Assembly (NCBI RefSeq): GCF_009914755.1
Contig: NC_060929.1
Strand: one strand, 5' to 3'
DNA: 64,000 nucleotides
Origin: the human T2T-CHM13v2.0 reference genome, Homo sapiens
In this document: piece by piece, positions 45,820 to 64,000 of the stretch
Position numbering within the stretch: the first letter of the stretch is position 1
Layout of the letters: each line of letters starts with the position of its first letter
Translations under genes and position numbers: made by a program
The notes under the pieces: model-generated
What the model was told of the DNA's origin: nothing
Database searches by the model: none
What the model saw: the letters and a program-made list of their open reading frames with translations, nothing else

Positions 45820-46620
45820 GTTGAGATATAGGAAAAGCCAAAGTGTTATTCCTAGTCTCTCACTCAACAGTCAATACACCTGTGACCCCAGATGTGTGTA
45901 TTTTCCCTCTACACAGCAAGCAAGCAATTCTCTGTCAGACACCTGCTGTGTGTCCTCTAATTCAGTTTAACTCTAACACTATTTACCTGACGTTAGTGTC
46001 AGATCCCACACATTGAGGGCTCAGTCCCACAAGACTGTCCCCCACTTCAGATGTCAGTTGCAAGTCCAGACCTTTGGAACTTCTGACCAATTGGCTATAC
46101 ATTGGGGTTCCCATGACCCCTCCTCAGGTTTTATTAATTTGCTAGAGAAGCTCCCAGAACTCAGGCAAACACTTACATTTACCCATTTACTATAAAGGAT
46201 ATCACACAGGCCAGACAGAAGAGATGCATAGAGCGAGGTATGGAGAAAGGAGTGTGCCACCCTGCAGGAACCTCCACGTGTTCGGCTAGCTGGGAGCCCC
46301 CTGAATCCCGTTTTTTGGGGTTTTAATGGAGGCATGATTGATTAAATCACTGGCCACTGGTGATCAGCTTAACCTTCAGCCCCTCTCCCTTCCTGGGAGG
46401 TTGGGGGCGGGGCAGGGGCGGGGTAGGGGTGGGGCGTGGAGCTGAAAATCCTAGTCCTCTAAATGTGCCTTGGTCTTTCCAGTGACCTGCCCACCTCCTG
46501 AAGCTACCTAGGGGTCCCCCAGCCAGCAGTCATCTCATTAGCATATCAAAGACACTCTTACCTCTCTGGAGATTCCTCAGGTTTTAAGAACAATGTATCA
46601 GGAAGTGGAGAGGAAGACTA
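45820..46620 (-). mobile_element. MER21-like LTR
   Basis: gtcagatcccaca..gagggctcagtcccacaagactg, ctcccagaactcagg, catctcattagcata motifs; family from recall. Confidence 0.7.
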
Positions 46621-46720
46621 TTTGTGGAGCTCAGGGGAAAAGACCAGATTAGAGAAAGAGATTTGAATCATTTTCATAAAGGTGGGATTTCATGCCAGGA
46701 AACTGGATGAGCTCACCTAG

Positions 46721-47516
<796 letters not shown>

Positions 47517-47728
47517 GGTTCATCCTCTGAGGGGGAACCAGCAAAAAAATATACGTATATAGAAAATTCCTTGGTAATGAAGAGGAAAGAGACCCTAATA
47601 CATGCTGCAGTGTAGCTGACCTTGAAAACACTACGGCAAGTGAAAGAAGCTAGACACAAAAGGCCACATATTATATGATTCCATTTATGTAAAATTTCTA
47701 GGCTGAGTGCGGTAGCTCATGCCTGTTA

Positions 47729-48323
<595 letters not shown>

Positions 48324-48618
48324 CTATAGAGACAAAATAGACGAATGGTTGCCTAGGGCTCGGGGGAGTGTAGAGATGGGGAATGACTGATAACGAGTAA
48401 AGGATTTATTTTGTATGTGATGCAAGCACTCTAAACCTGTGAGGTGATGACTGCCCAGCTTCAAATGTGCTAAAACAATGGAATCGTGAACCCTAAGTGA
48501 ATTTTGTGGTATGTTAATTATGTCTCAGTAAAAACGTGGGGGACAAAAACAGAAGAAATGGCTAGAATGTAGAAAGATAATCTGGTGACTGTGGCATCCA
48601 AAGCTGCTTCCACCCTAG

Positions 48619-48984
48619 TGTGGAGTCCTGATAGGGAAGCCACACTGAGGAAGGGGTCCCAGGTGCGGGGGAACAACTGTTCCAAGAGACAGCTAATCAC
48701 AGACAGCCTGCTGGCACAACATCCTGTTTCCAAATACCTTGCTCCTCATGTAGCCCCAGAAGTACAACTTCCTTCTGCACGTAGCTTCCTCCAGCATGAC
48801 CCTATAAAACTTCCCTCCAGCCCTGCCTCTTTGCAGAGAGCCCCTTCTCTGCTGTGCTGCCCATTGTAACCTTGCAATGTATCTTTGAACTTTCTCAAAT
48901 AAATCTGCCATTCTTTACCTATGACTGTCTCAGTAAATTCCTTTACTGCCTGTGACACCAGCCCCAGCCAGTTGCACCTGGTCA
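48619..48984 (+). mobile_element. ERV solo LTR, family uncertain
   Basis: tgtggagtcc start, ctataaaa TATA (~48802), aataaa (~48898), U5-like gtaaattcctttact, ca end. Confidence 0.65.
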
Positions 48985-49269
48985 GGGTGCACTGGTCCCA
49001 CCCATGAGAGGCCAGTTTTCACTTTTTTGGCAAAATGGAGAAACATTAATTGGGGCCAAGAGTGCCTGTTGGAAACTCATTTCTTGACTAGCATTCTTAT
49101 AAAAACAATTGTTTTTTAAAGACAGGGCCTCCCTCTGTCACCCAGGCTGGAGTGCAGTGGTGCAATCACAGATCCCTACAGCTTCAAACTCCTGGGCTCA
49201 AGTGATTCTCCTCCTGAGTAGCTGGGACTACAGGTATGTGCCACCATGCCCAGGTAATTTTACAAAAAT

Positions 49270-51961
<2,692 letters not shown>

Positions 51962-53542
51962 TCAGTTTTCTGGATTTTCTGGGTGACGATTATTTTCAAT
52001 TCCTTTTTCTGGTGATATATACAAGAAGTTACAGCAGATATATAAAGGGAAGGTCAGAAACCTGCTGTCCAAGTTCATCACCACTTGTTCCTGATCCTTT
52101 TTAAGTATAAGTATTTGATAGCCAGTTGTTCTACTACATACTAGTTTTCCACTACTATCAAAAGAAGCCAAGCGTAATCTAAATGCTATGCTCCTTCGAG
52201 GCCGTAAACTGACAGACCCGCTGCGTGGCTGATTCAGTGTATTGCGTTTGAAAATGATGTATCCATTGGTGTAAATTACAAGTAGGTCAAAGCCGAAGTT
52301 AAAACCCGTCCAACACCAGTAGTATTCACCATCTTTGGCAAGCTTTCTACCACACCTCATGCTACTTCCCTCTAGGTCTTCTTTATTGATTTCTTGAGGC
52401 CCTACCTCACGGTCTTGTTCTGCCCGCAGCATAGCAAACCACTGCTGTTTATACACAGAAGACAGCCATTCTGAAGGTACTATACCATCTTGTTCAATAA
52501 TTCTTGCAGAAGCTAGGTCACTGATAATATATTGTAACCTTAAATGTCTGAATACTGACACAAATGGTTTTCCTGGTTCAGTTTCAAGAAAGGCCATACC
52601 TTCAAAATCTTTTCTCTGTTTAGAAAACCAGACATCTGTTTCTGTCAAAAGCTGTTTTAAAGATCCATTCCAAGAAGGCACAAGTTGAAGGAACATCCAC
52701 TTTTTTAGAGTGGTGTATACATCCATCTCCACTTGCATCACAAATAAGTTAGAGGAACCAATGAGCTGTTTCATGACATTTATACTGAGTTCTTTAAAAA
52801 GTTTAACATTCTGGTGAGTCATCAAATTGTTTAGAAGCCATTCAAGGCACTTTTTCTTTACAGAATCTAATCCATAGATCTCTACTGATGTGTAATAACC
52901 GCATACAGTTTTCACATTAATTGTTTCCTTCATTGTCTCACCACACTGCTGTATTAAACCATCCAGCTGCAGCATACAAGCTGCTGCCAAAATGGCAACA
53001 ACTCGACTGGGTTTTATCAAGACATCATCTCGATACAGTGAACCAAACGCAACCTGCAGTGCGTCTACATCAATGTTTTGGTCAGGAATCTCCAGTTCAA
53101 TAATATTCATGCTGGATTCTTTCCAAGAACCACTGAACATACTAGAAAAGTAGCCAGATTGACATAAATATATTTTGTGTAATCGCCATTCTTCTCCTAG
53201 AGCACAAATCTTAATGTCACTGTTTTCACCATTCAAAAATAATGTTTGATAAATATATTTGGATGTACTCCTTAATTTTTTCCTTGCAGGGGTGTTGAGG
53301 AGCGGCTGCTGCTTGTCCCCCTCCTCCTCATCCTCGTCCCTGTGCGAGTCCGGGTCACAGTAGCGGCAGGCCCCGCTGCTCCGCTTGCGCTTGTGACTGC
53401 CCGGGCAGTAACAGAAGCCGTAGCCCGCCGCATCGTCTCCAGTGTCCGGCCTCCGGGCCGAGCCCCTGGCCCTGGCACCCTGTTCCTGCTGGGCAAGGGC
53501 TCGCCTCGGCTGGCCCAGCACCCGGCTGCTCGACGATCCCAT
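51962..53542 (-). CDS. GMCL2: Germ cell-less-like BTB/BACK protein; intact intronless retrocopy of GMCL1 (GMCL2/GMCL1P1), 526 aa
   Basis: Uninterrupted 1581-nt ORF; basic NLS-like HKRKR and ARKKLR; [39 protein letters not shown]; BACK region CLEWLLNNL..; C-terminal [12 protein letters not shown]. Confidence 0.94.
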   Translation of the reverse strand: MGSSSSRVLGQPRRALAQQEQGARARGSARRPDTGDDAAGYGFCYCPGSHKRKRSSGACRYCDPDSHRDEDEEEGDKQQPLLNTPARKKLRSTSKYIYQTLFLNGENSDIKICALGEEWRLHKIYLCQSGYFSSMFSGSWKESSMNIIELEIPDQNIDVDALQVAFGSLYRDDVLIKPSRVVAILAAACMLQLDGLIQQCGETMKETINVKTVCGYYTSVEIYGLDSVKKKCLEWLLNNLMTHQNVKLFKELSINVMKQLIGSSNLFVMQVEMDVYTTLKKWMFLQLVPSWNGSLKQLLTETDVWFSKQRKDFEGMAFLETEPGKPFVSVFRHLRLQYIISDLASARIIEQDGIVPSEWLSSVYKQQWFAMLRAEQDREVGPQEINKEDLEGSSMRCGRKLAKDGEYYWCWTGFNFGFDLLVIYTNGYIIFKRNTLNQPRSGSVSLRPRRSIAFRLRLASFDSSGKLVCSRTTGYQILILKKDQEQVVMNLDSRFLTFPLYICCNFLYISPEKGIENNRHPENPEN

Positions 53543-53715
53543 GGGTCACGGCTCCCCAGGACTTCAGGGAGCCCAGAGGAGGGGGTCTCTGGCCATGGCC
53601 CGGCCGCCGCCGCCAGCCTTCCCCGAGCGCAGGTGCCTACACCGCCACCTTCTCACGCGCAGCCCCAACCGTTGCAGCGGACACTGCCGCCTCCAACCTC
53701 CGCACCCCGCCCCCA
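53543..53715 (-). promoter_or_regulatory. GMCL2: CpG-rich leader of the retrocopy with GC box and uORF
   Basis: ccccgccccc at ~53705; uORF 53596-53564. Confidence 0.6.
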
Positions 53716-54028
<313 letters not shown>

Positions 54029-54233
54029 TAAAACAATTTCTTTTAGAGACAAGGTTTCACTGTGTTTCTCCGGGTGGTCTTGAACTCCTTGGACAGCATT
54101 CTTCATTGCTGGAAGCAATTCTCATCTGGCAGCCAAAACCAAGGTCCGTTTTAGAAGGACCACTTCCCTAGGAGCAAAGGTTTATTTGCAAGACCTGACA
54201 AAGGAAAATGTGTGTACCAGACGCTTGAGCCTA

Positions 54234-54536
<303 letters not shown>

Positions 54537-55551
54537 TTACATTCCAGCCTGGGCGACAAGAGCGAAATTCCGTCTCCAGAAAAAAATAATAAGATAAAAT
54601 AAAATAGAATAAACACTTGAAGTCAAGCCAGGTACGGTGGCTGCTCACACCTGTAATCCCAGCACTTTGGGAGGCCGAGGTGGGCAGATCACGAGGTCAG
54701 GAGTTCAAGACCAGCCTGGCCAATATGGTGAAAGTGACCATGGCTGGGTGAAATGATCACTGCAGCCGGTCTGGGAAGGCAGAAGCAAGCAGAGGGCCTG
54801 GGCAGGATAGGCAGGGATTCTCTGTGGGGAGGATCTGTGGAGACAGGGGCAGCAGGATTAGGATGTCGGAATTGAGGAGGCTTTTGTCCTTGGGGGATGG
54901 AGTGGAGAAGTGGGGCATGGTCCTGGAAATTTGCCCTGCAGCCTCACCAGGCCATCTGGAAGCTACTTGTTGGGAACCCCGTGTGTGTAAAGGGCTGACC
55001 CAGGCCCAGACCCGGAGGAACTGGAGAAGGGCACACACTGAGACCACCCGAGGGGTGTGCTGGAACTGCTTGGCCAGTCCTTGGGGATGGGATGGCTGGG
55101 GCATGTGGGTGTCTTCCTGTAAGAAAACAGGACTTGATGAGGAAGGTGGGAGGCTGTTCCAGGCAGATGGAGGTCTGTGCCCCCAGAGCAATGTAGGAGT
55201 CGCCATGCGGGGCTCCATCTTTGGTACAGTGGGGGCAGAGATTGGCGAGGGGCATCAGGGCCAGATATGTAGGTGTGGGGAGCCCTAGACGGGCCAGTGC
55301 TGCAGGGGGAGGCAAGGCCATGCCAGGGAGGTGGATGGGACGCTGGACACAAGTGAAGAGCGACCAGCCCTGTGGCTTCCTCAAACCTATGTGAGTGCCT
55401 GCCCCATTCCCAGATGAAGAAAACAGAGGTTTCAATAGGGAAAGTGACTTGTTCTAAATCCCAGAGTTGGGAAGTCAGGAAGCTCAGCCTCCTGATTCCA
55501 AAGGCAAATCTGGAGTTTCTGTTGGAGTTAAGGGGCCAGGTGAATGGTCTA

Positions 55552-57600
<2,049 letters not shown>

Positions 57601-57638
57601 TATTTATTTATTTTTAATTTATTTTATTTTATTTTTGA

Positions 57639-57924
<286 letters not shown>

Positions 57925-58544
57925 TAAATACTTTATGCTTTGGGCCAACAGGCAAAATCGAGGGTATGAAGTCGGTAAGTACATACCAAGAAATGAAACC
58001 AACTTCCATAATTTGGGGGGATTGCTATTGACAGAATGTCAAAGTTAATTTATGGATGCTGAAAGTTGAGTTTCATACAATTTTTATGTGTCATGAAATA
58101 TTATTATTTTGATTATTTATTTATTTATTTGTTTATTTATTTATTTATTTTTGATACAGAGTCTTGCTCTGTCATCCAGACTGTGATCTCAGCTCACTGC
58201 AACCTCTGCCTTCTGCATTCAAGCGATCCTCTGCCTCAGCCTCCCAAGTAGCTGGGATTACAGGCACATGCCACCACACCTGGCTAATTTTTTTGTATTT
58301 TTAGTAGAGATGGGGTTTCACCATGTTCAAGGCCAGGCTGGTCTTGAACTCCTGACCTCAAGTGATCTGCCTGCCTCAGCCTCCCAAAGTGCTGGGATTA
58401 TAGGTGTGAGCCACTGCACTCAGCCTGATTTTTTTTCAATGATTTAAAAATGTAAAAACCATTCTTTGTTCAGGGATCATATAAAATCAAGCAGTAAGCA
58501 AAATTTGGGCTATGGGCCATAGTTTGCCAACTCCTGGTCTAGAT

Positions 58545-59690
58545 CTGCCCTGTTCATCATAGTAGCCACTGGCTACATGCAGCTATTGAGTACTTGAAAT
58601 GTGGCCAGGGACAGTCACGATGGCTCACACCTGTAATCTCAGCACTTTTGGAGGTTAACGTGGGAGGATGGCTTGAACCCAGGAGTTTCAAGTTACAGCA
58701 AACTATGATTGCAACACTGCATCCCAAACCTGGGTGACAGGGAAAGAAAGAAAAAGAGAGAGAGAGAGAGGGAGGGAGAGAGAGAGAGAGAAGGAGGAGG
58801 AGGAGGAGGAGAAACAGAGAAAAGAAAGAAAGAGAAAGAAAGAAGAAAAAGAAAGAAGAAAGAAAATAAGAAATAAGAAAGGAAGAAAAAAGAAAGAAAG
58901 AGGGAGGGAGAAAGGGAGGAAGGAAGGGAAGGGAGGGAGGAAAAGAAAAAGAAATGTGGCTGTACTGAATTAAAATATGCTTAGGTGTAAAATACACACT
59001 AGATTTTGAAGACAGTACAAAAAGAAAATATCCCAATAACTTTTTGTTGATTATATTTTGGATATCTCAGAATAAGTAAAATATATTATTGAAATTAACT
59101 TCACCCCCCCCCTTTTTTTTTTTTTTACTTTTTTTTACTTTGTCTTAGTCCACTTTCTGTTGTTCGAATATCTGAGACTGGATAATTTTTAAAGAAAAGA
59201 GGTTTATTTAGCTCACGGTTCTGCAGGCTGGGAAGTTCCAGATTGGACGGCTGCATCTGGCAGCTTCTGGTGAGAGCTGTGTGCTGCACCAAAATGTGGC
59301 AGAGAAATGGAAGGCGGACCAGGCACCTGGAGGAAAGGGGGAAAACACGAGGGGCGACCTTGCTTGATGACAACCCAACTCTGAAGGTAACTGATCCAGA
59401 CCCAAGAGAGTGAGAACTCACTTCTATGGGACTTGCATTAATATCCTGTCGTGAAAGCCCATCCCTCATGATCCAAACACCCCTGAAAGGTCCCCCCACG
59501 TCTCAATGCCGTTATATTGGCAATTAAATTTCAACATGAGTTTTGGTAGGGGCAAACCACATCCAAACCATAGCATCTTCTCACTGTTGAGTCACTTTTT
59601 AATGTGGCTATTAGAAAAATTTAAATGACATGTGTGTTTGCACTTGTGGCTGTTTTGCATCCGTATCTGGTATACAGTGCTGCTCTAGTA
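58545..59690. mobile_element. MER33-like hAT element hosting an Alu monomer with GA-rich tail and an MST LTR
   Basis: gtagccactggctacatg..gagtacttgaaatgtggc ... ttttaatgtggctattagaaaaattt ... cagtgctgctctag; TSD gaaatgtggc around the Alu. Confidence 0.65.
59141..59576 (-). mobile_element. MST-type MaLR solo LTR
   Basis: tgtcttagtcc ... gaggtttatttagctcacggttctgcaggctg ... ttcaacatgagttttgg ... caaaccatagca. Confidence 0.85.
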
Positions 59691-59809
59691 GTGAAGGTGG
59701 AGCGCCCCGAGTGAGATGACCCCGATTTGCCTCGGGGGGAAGTGGAAGGGCGTGGCCTGGTGTTCAGCAGTGGAGTGTGGGATCACGGAGGGACAGCTGG
59801 ATCTCATTA

Positions 59810-60112
<303 letters not shown>

Positions 60113-61588
60113 TTAAAAAGCAAGATGTTGCCAAGCAGTTGGCCAAGTGGTGAGTATGAAAGAGAGAGACCCTGCCCTGAGGGCTTTCTGTCTCTCACCC
60201 ACCTGGATCAGCACACAGCATGTATTTGTCTTCCACTCCAAGCCTACATCCTGGCCCCTGTTGGAGAAGGGCTCTGACCAGTTCACTGGCAGAATATGAA
60301 AATTGTATGTTAAGACATGCACGGCATGAAGCCCTAAGAAGCCAAGAATCCTTTCTTTTCACAGCAGGAGAAGGCCTCTGGCTGTTTCCCTGTGTTGACT
60401 GGAGGCTGAGTCTCTGTCCTCGACACCCCACCCGCTGCTGCCTCCTCTGCCCTGCCTGGGGAGCCCTGCCTTGCCTGGCCCTGTGCTGGGAACGGCCAGA
60501 GCTGGGGCTTCTTGCGTTTCCTGTTCACACCCGCAGAGCCAGCTTTGCCTTCCCCTCTGCTGTGCAGGGAGAAGGGAGGTGGGAGGTGCGGAGGGGATGG
60601 TCCTGTCTGTGGCTTCCTATTTCTTGGCTGGCAGGAGAAAGGCAGGCTTTCTGTGTCTATGTCTCTGTGGTCTTTCAGACTCAGCACTTGGGTAGGAAGA
60701 TGAAAACCTCGGAGTGCCCCTTGTCTCTTTCCCTTGGGTCTGATTAGACCAAAGGCTGGTGTGGTGGAGGAGGTGAAAGGACCTGGCACGGGGAGGCTGG
60801 AAGCCCAGCGCTGCTCTGCTCACTTTCCCCTCTGCCAGCCTTTGTTACCAAAAGGTCTGGACTTGATCTTGGAAATGCATCATTTCTTGATCCTTCTCTA
60901 GCCTTTAGGGACAAATATACTAGAAGAAAATGGTCAAGACAATTGGTGCCACCAGCAGGAGGCATAGCAAGGAAGCAGGGGGTGAAAGGGTTTCTCCTTG
61001 AGAGAAGCAAGCCTCTGAGTCCAAGGCCCTCCACCAAGCGGCTCTGGTCCAGTGTTCCAGCCTTATTGCCCATCCTGCTCCATGTATGGAGTTGGGGGTT
61101 GTCACCACACACAAACACAACGTTCTGCCAACTCACCCTCCTCGATGTCTCTGTTCATCCCCTCCTTCCCATTTCCTCCACTGGACCACCGCCATAGCAG
61201 TATTCACTGACTTCCAGTTTCCTGCGGGATAAATCTGAACCCTTTGTCGTGGCACCCAAAGCCCTTGCCCAGCCGCGCTGTCCCAGCTCCTCTTCATCGT
61301 GTGGAGCAACTTGCAGTTCTCCAAGCAGCCTCTGCTTTCTCAAGCTTGGAACCTGAGCTGTGTCGTCTTCTCTGCCTGCACCCCTTCTTTTCCATCTCTG
61401 CTGGAGAACCCCTGCTTAGCCTCAGTAAAGATGTTTAAGGGACAGTTATGCATGAGGGTTTAGAGTTCACAGACCCAGTCTGTCCTGGAGGTCAAGGGCA
61501 TGTTGCTGGCAATTGCAGCCTCAACAATTCAATTGAGTAAATACATGAGTCAATAGATGAATTGTTGTGGAATCAGAAACTGAGGCTC

Positions 61589-62231
<643 letters not shown>

Positions 62232-63692
62232 TCAAAGAAAGAGCCCGCAGGTCCACACTGACCTAGTGGCAATGCAGACATAAACATAAACAAAGCCTCT
62301 TTTAGGAGCCACTGCTGCCTCTCAGAGGGAGACAGAAATTTCCCGGTTTAATAGGCTTTCTCCCCACCTAATCTGCAGTAGTGAGTCCTAAAATCTGTCC
62401 CTGTCCCAATGACTGGTGCCTAGAATGCTTCATAAAAGTGAGAGTCCAGCCCCAGAGGTCAGGGAGTCTGAAGTTTCAAAGACTACACAGGGGATAATGT
62501 TGCAGATGAGGCCGGGCCCCTGTGTGAGCTGTGCCCACTGTGTGCAGCTTTGTGAGCTCTCCAGGAAACTGGGAGGATTAGGGTTTTGTATGTGAATCAC
62601 ATACTTCATTAAGGACTGATTCCAGTATAGGGCTCTAGCCATTTCTGATTGGTTTCTGATGGACAGAGGCTGCCTCTGAGACTCAGCAGGGCGTGGGGTG
62701 GCTGTGGCAAGAATGTGTGATTTTAGGGAGGCCGCCAGCAGATTCTCTCTCCAGATCTCTTACTTGTCTGTTTCAAGGATTTGACTTGAGATGTATTTTG
62801 AGATATATTGTTGCGGGGTGGCTGGGGGCCTGGGGGTGTCAGCAGGCAAAGGAATGTTCCCTTGGATGCTTCCACTGTTGCTGTTAGCAGTCACAGCAGC
62901 TCTCACAGCGGGCGCTGTTCTAAACCCTTAGCAGCCGTCCTCCCATAGCCCTGCAGGATGGTGGAGAGACAGGTGCCATTCTCTTTTTTTTTAAGATGAA
63001 GTAGGTCGGGAGCGGTGGCTCATGCCTGTAATCCCAGCCCTTTGGGAAGTTAAGGCAGGCAGATGGCTTGAGCCCAGGAGTTTGAGACTAGCCTGGGCAA
63101 CACAGGGAGACCCTGTCCCTAGCTAAATAAATAAATAAGCTGGGTGTGGTGGTGCATGCCTGTAGTCCCAGCTAAGTGGGAGGCTGAGACGGGAGGATCA
63201 CTTGAGCCCAGGAGGTCGAGGCGAGCCGTGATCACATCACTGCACTCAGAGCAAGACCCTGTCTCAGAAAAAATGTAAAAAAAGATGAAGAAGCTGAACT
63301 TCATGGAGGTCTGCTTAGGGATCCACATCTCAGATGCTCTTGGTCAATGTCAATAGGTTTAGTGGGACCCTGGAGGAAGACATTAGAACATGGTGGGGGC
63401 TGGGTTTAGCTGGACAGTGCCTGCCTCATCCGCTGGGGGTCACTGTGACTCAGCTCCCGCTGATTCTGGACACAGGACACTGTGGCCCAGTGTGACCTTA
63501 GCTGACAATTTTTCAAAAGTAACTGGACGTATAACCTTGTGTAGAAATGCCATCATCCGGCAGGGCGCGGTGGCTCACACCTGTAATCCTAGCACTTTGG
63601 GAGGCTGAGGCGGGTGGATCACGAGGTCAGGAGTTCGAGATCTGCCTGGCCAACATGATGAAACCCTTTCTCTACTAGAAATACAAAAATTA

Positions 63693-63830
<138 letters not shown>

Positions 63831-63837
63831 CTAAAAA

Positions 63838-64000
63838 ATATACATATATGTGTATATATAAGTGTGTGTGTATATATATGTATATACATGTATATATATA
63901 CGTATATATGTGTACATATATACGCATATATATGTATATATTATATATATACATATATACACATATATACACATATACACATATATACGTATATATATAC
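63838..64000. repeat. (TA)n/(TG)n/(CA)n compound microsatellite derived from an Alu tail
   Basis: Alternating purine-pyrimidine low-complexity run to the window end. Confidence 0.92.

Noticed and set aside
58557-59036. 159-aa hydrophobic ORF and opposite K/E/R-rich ORF
   Set aside because: GA-rich microsatellite from an Alu tail.
60113-61438. Repeat-poor stretch with several ORFs, possible exon or enhancer
   Set aside because: No consistent splice pairs, domain or motif cluster that I can support.

Overview
Primate (human or great-ape-like), extremely Alu-dense genomic DNA matching the human 5q35.3 locus. It holds all nine coding exons of RMND5B (+, spliced CDS 1182 nt = 393 aa), the complete convergent NHP2 gene (-, 4 exons, 153 aa) with its CpG/GC-box/CCAAT promoter, a disrupted processed pseudogene of NAXE/APOA1BP (+) and the intact intronless retrogene GMCL2/GMCL1P1 (-, 526 aa). 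The rest is a layered transposon record: a two-LTR ERV1-type provirus inside an Alu arm, L1 remnants, MaLR/ERV solo LTRs, hAT elements and MIRs. I found no convincing wholly new biological system. The best leads are an L1-retroposed, polyadenylated LTR transcript with a 15-bp TSD, a tailless 38-nt U2 retrocopy, the nested insertion, uORF and frameshifted C-terminus of GMCL2, two in-frame stop-free RMND5B introns, and a possible RMND5B/NHP2 3' overlap. Gene and repeat-family names come from recall, not from a database search, and most ORF-track entries are Alu artefacts.
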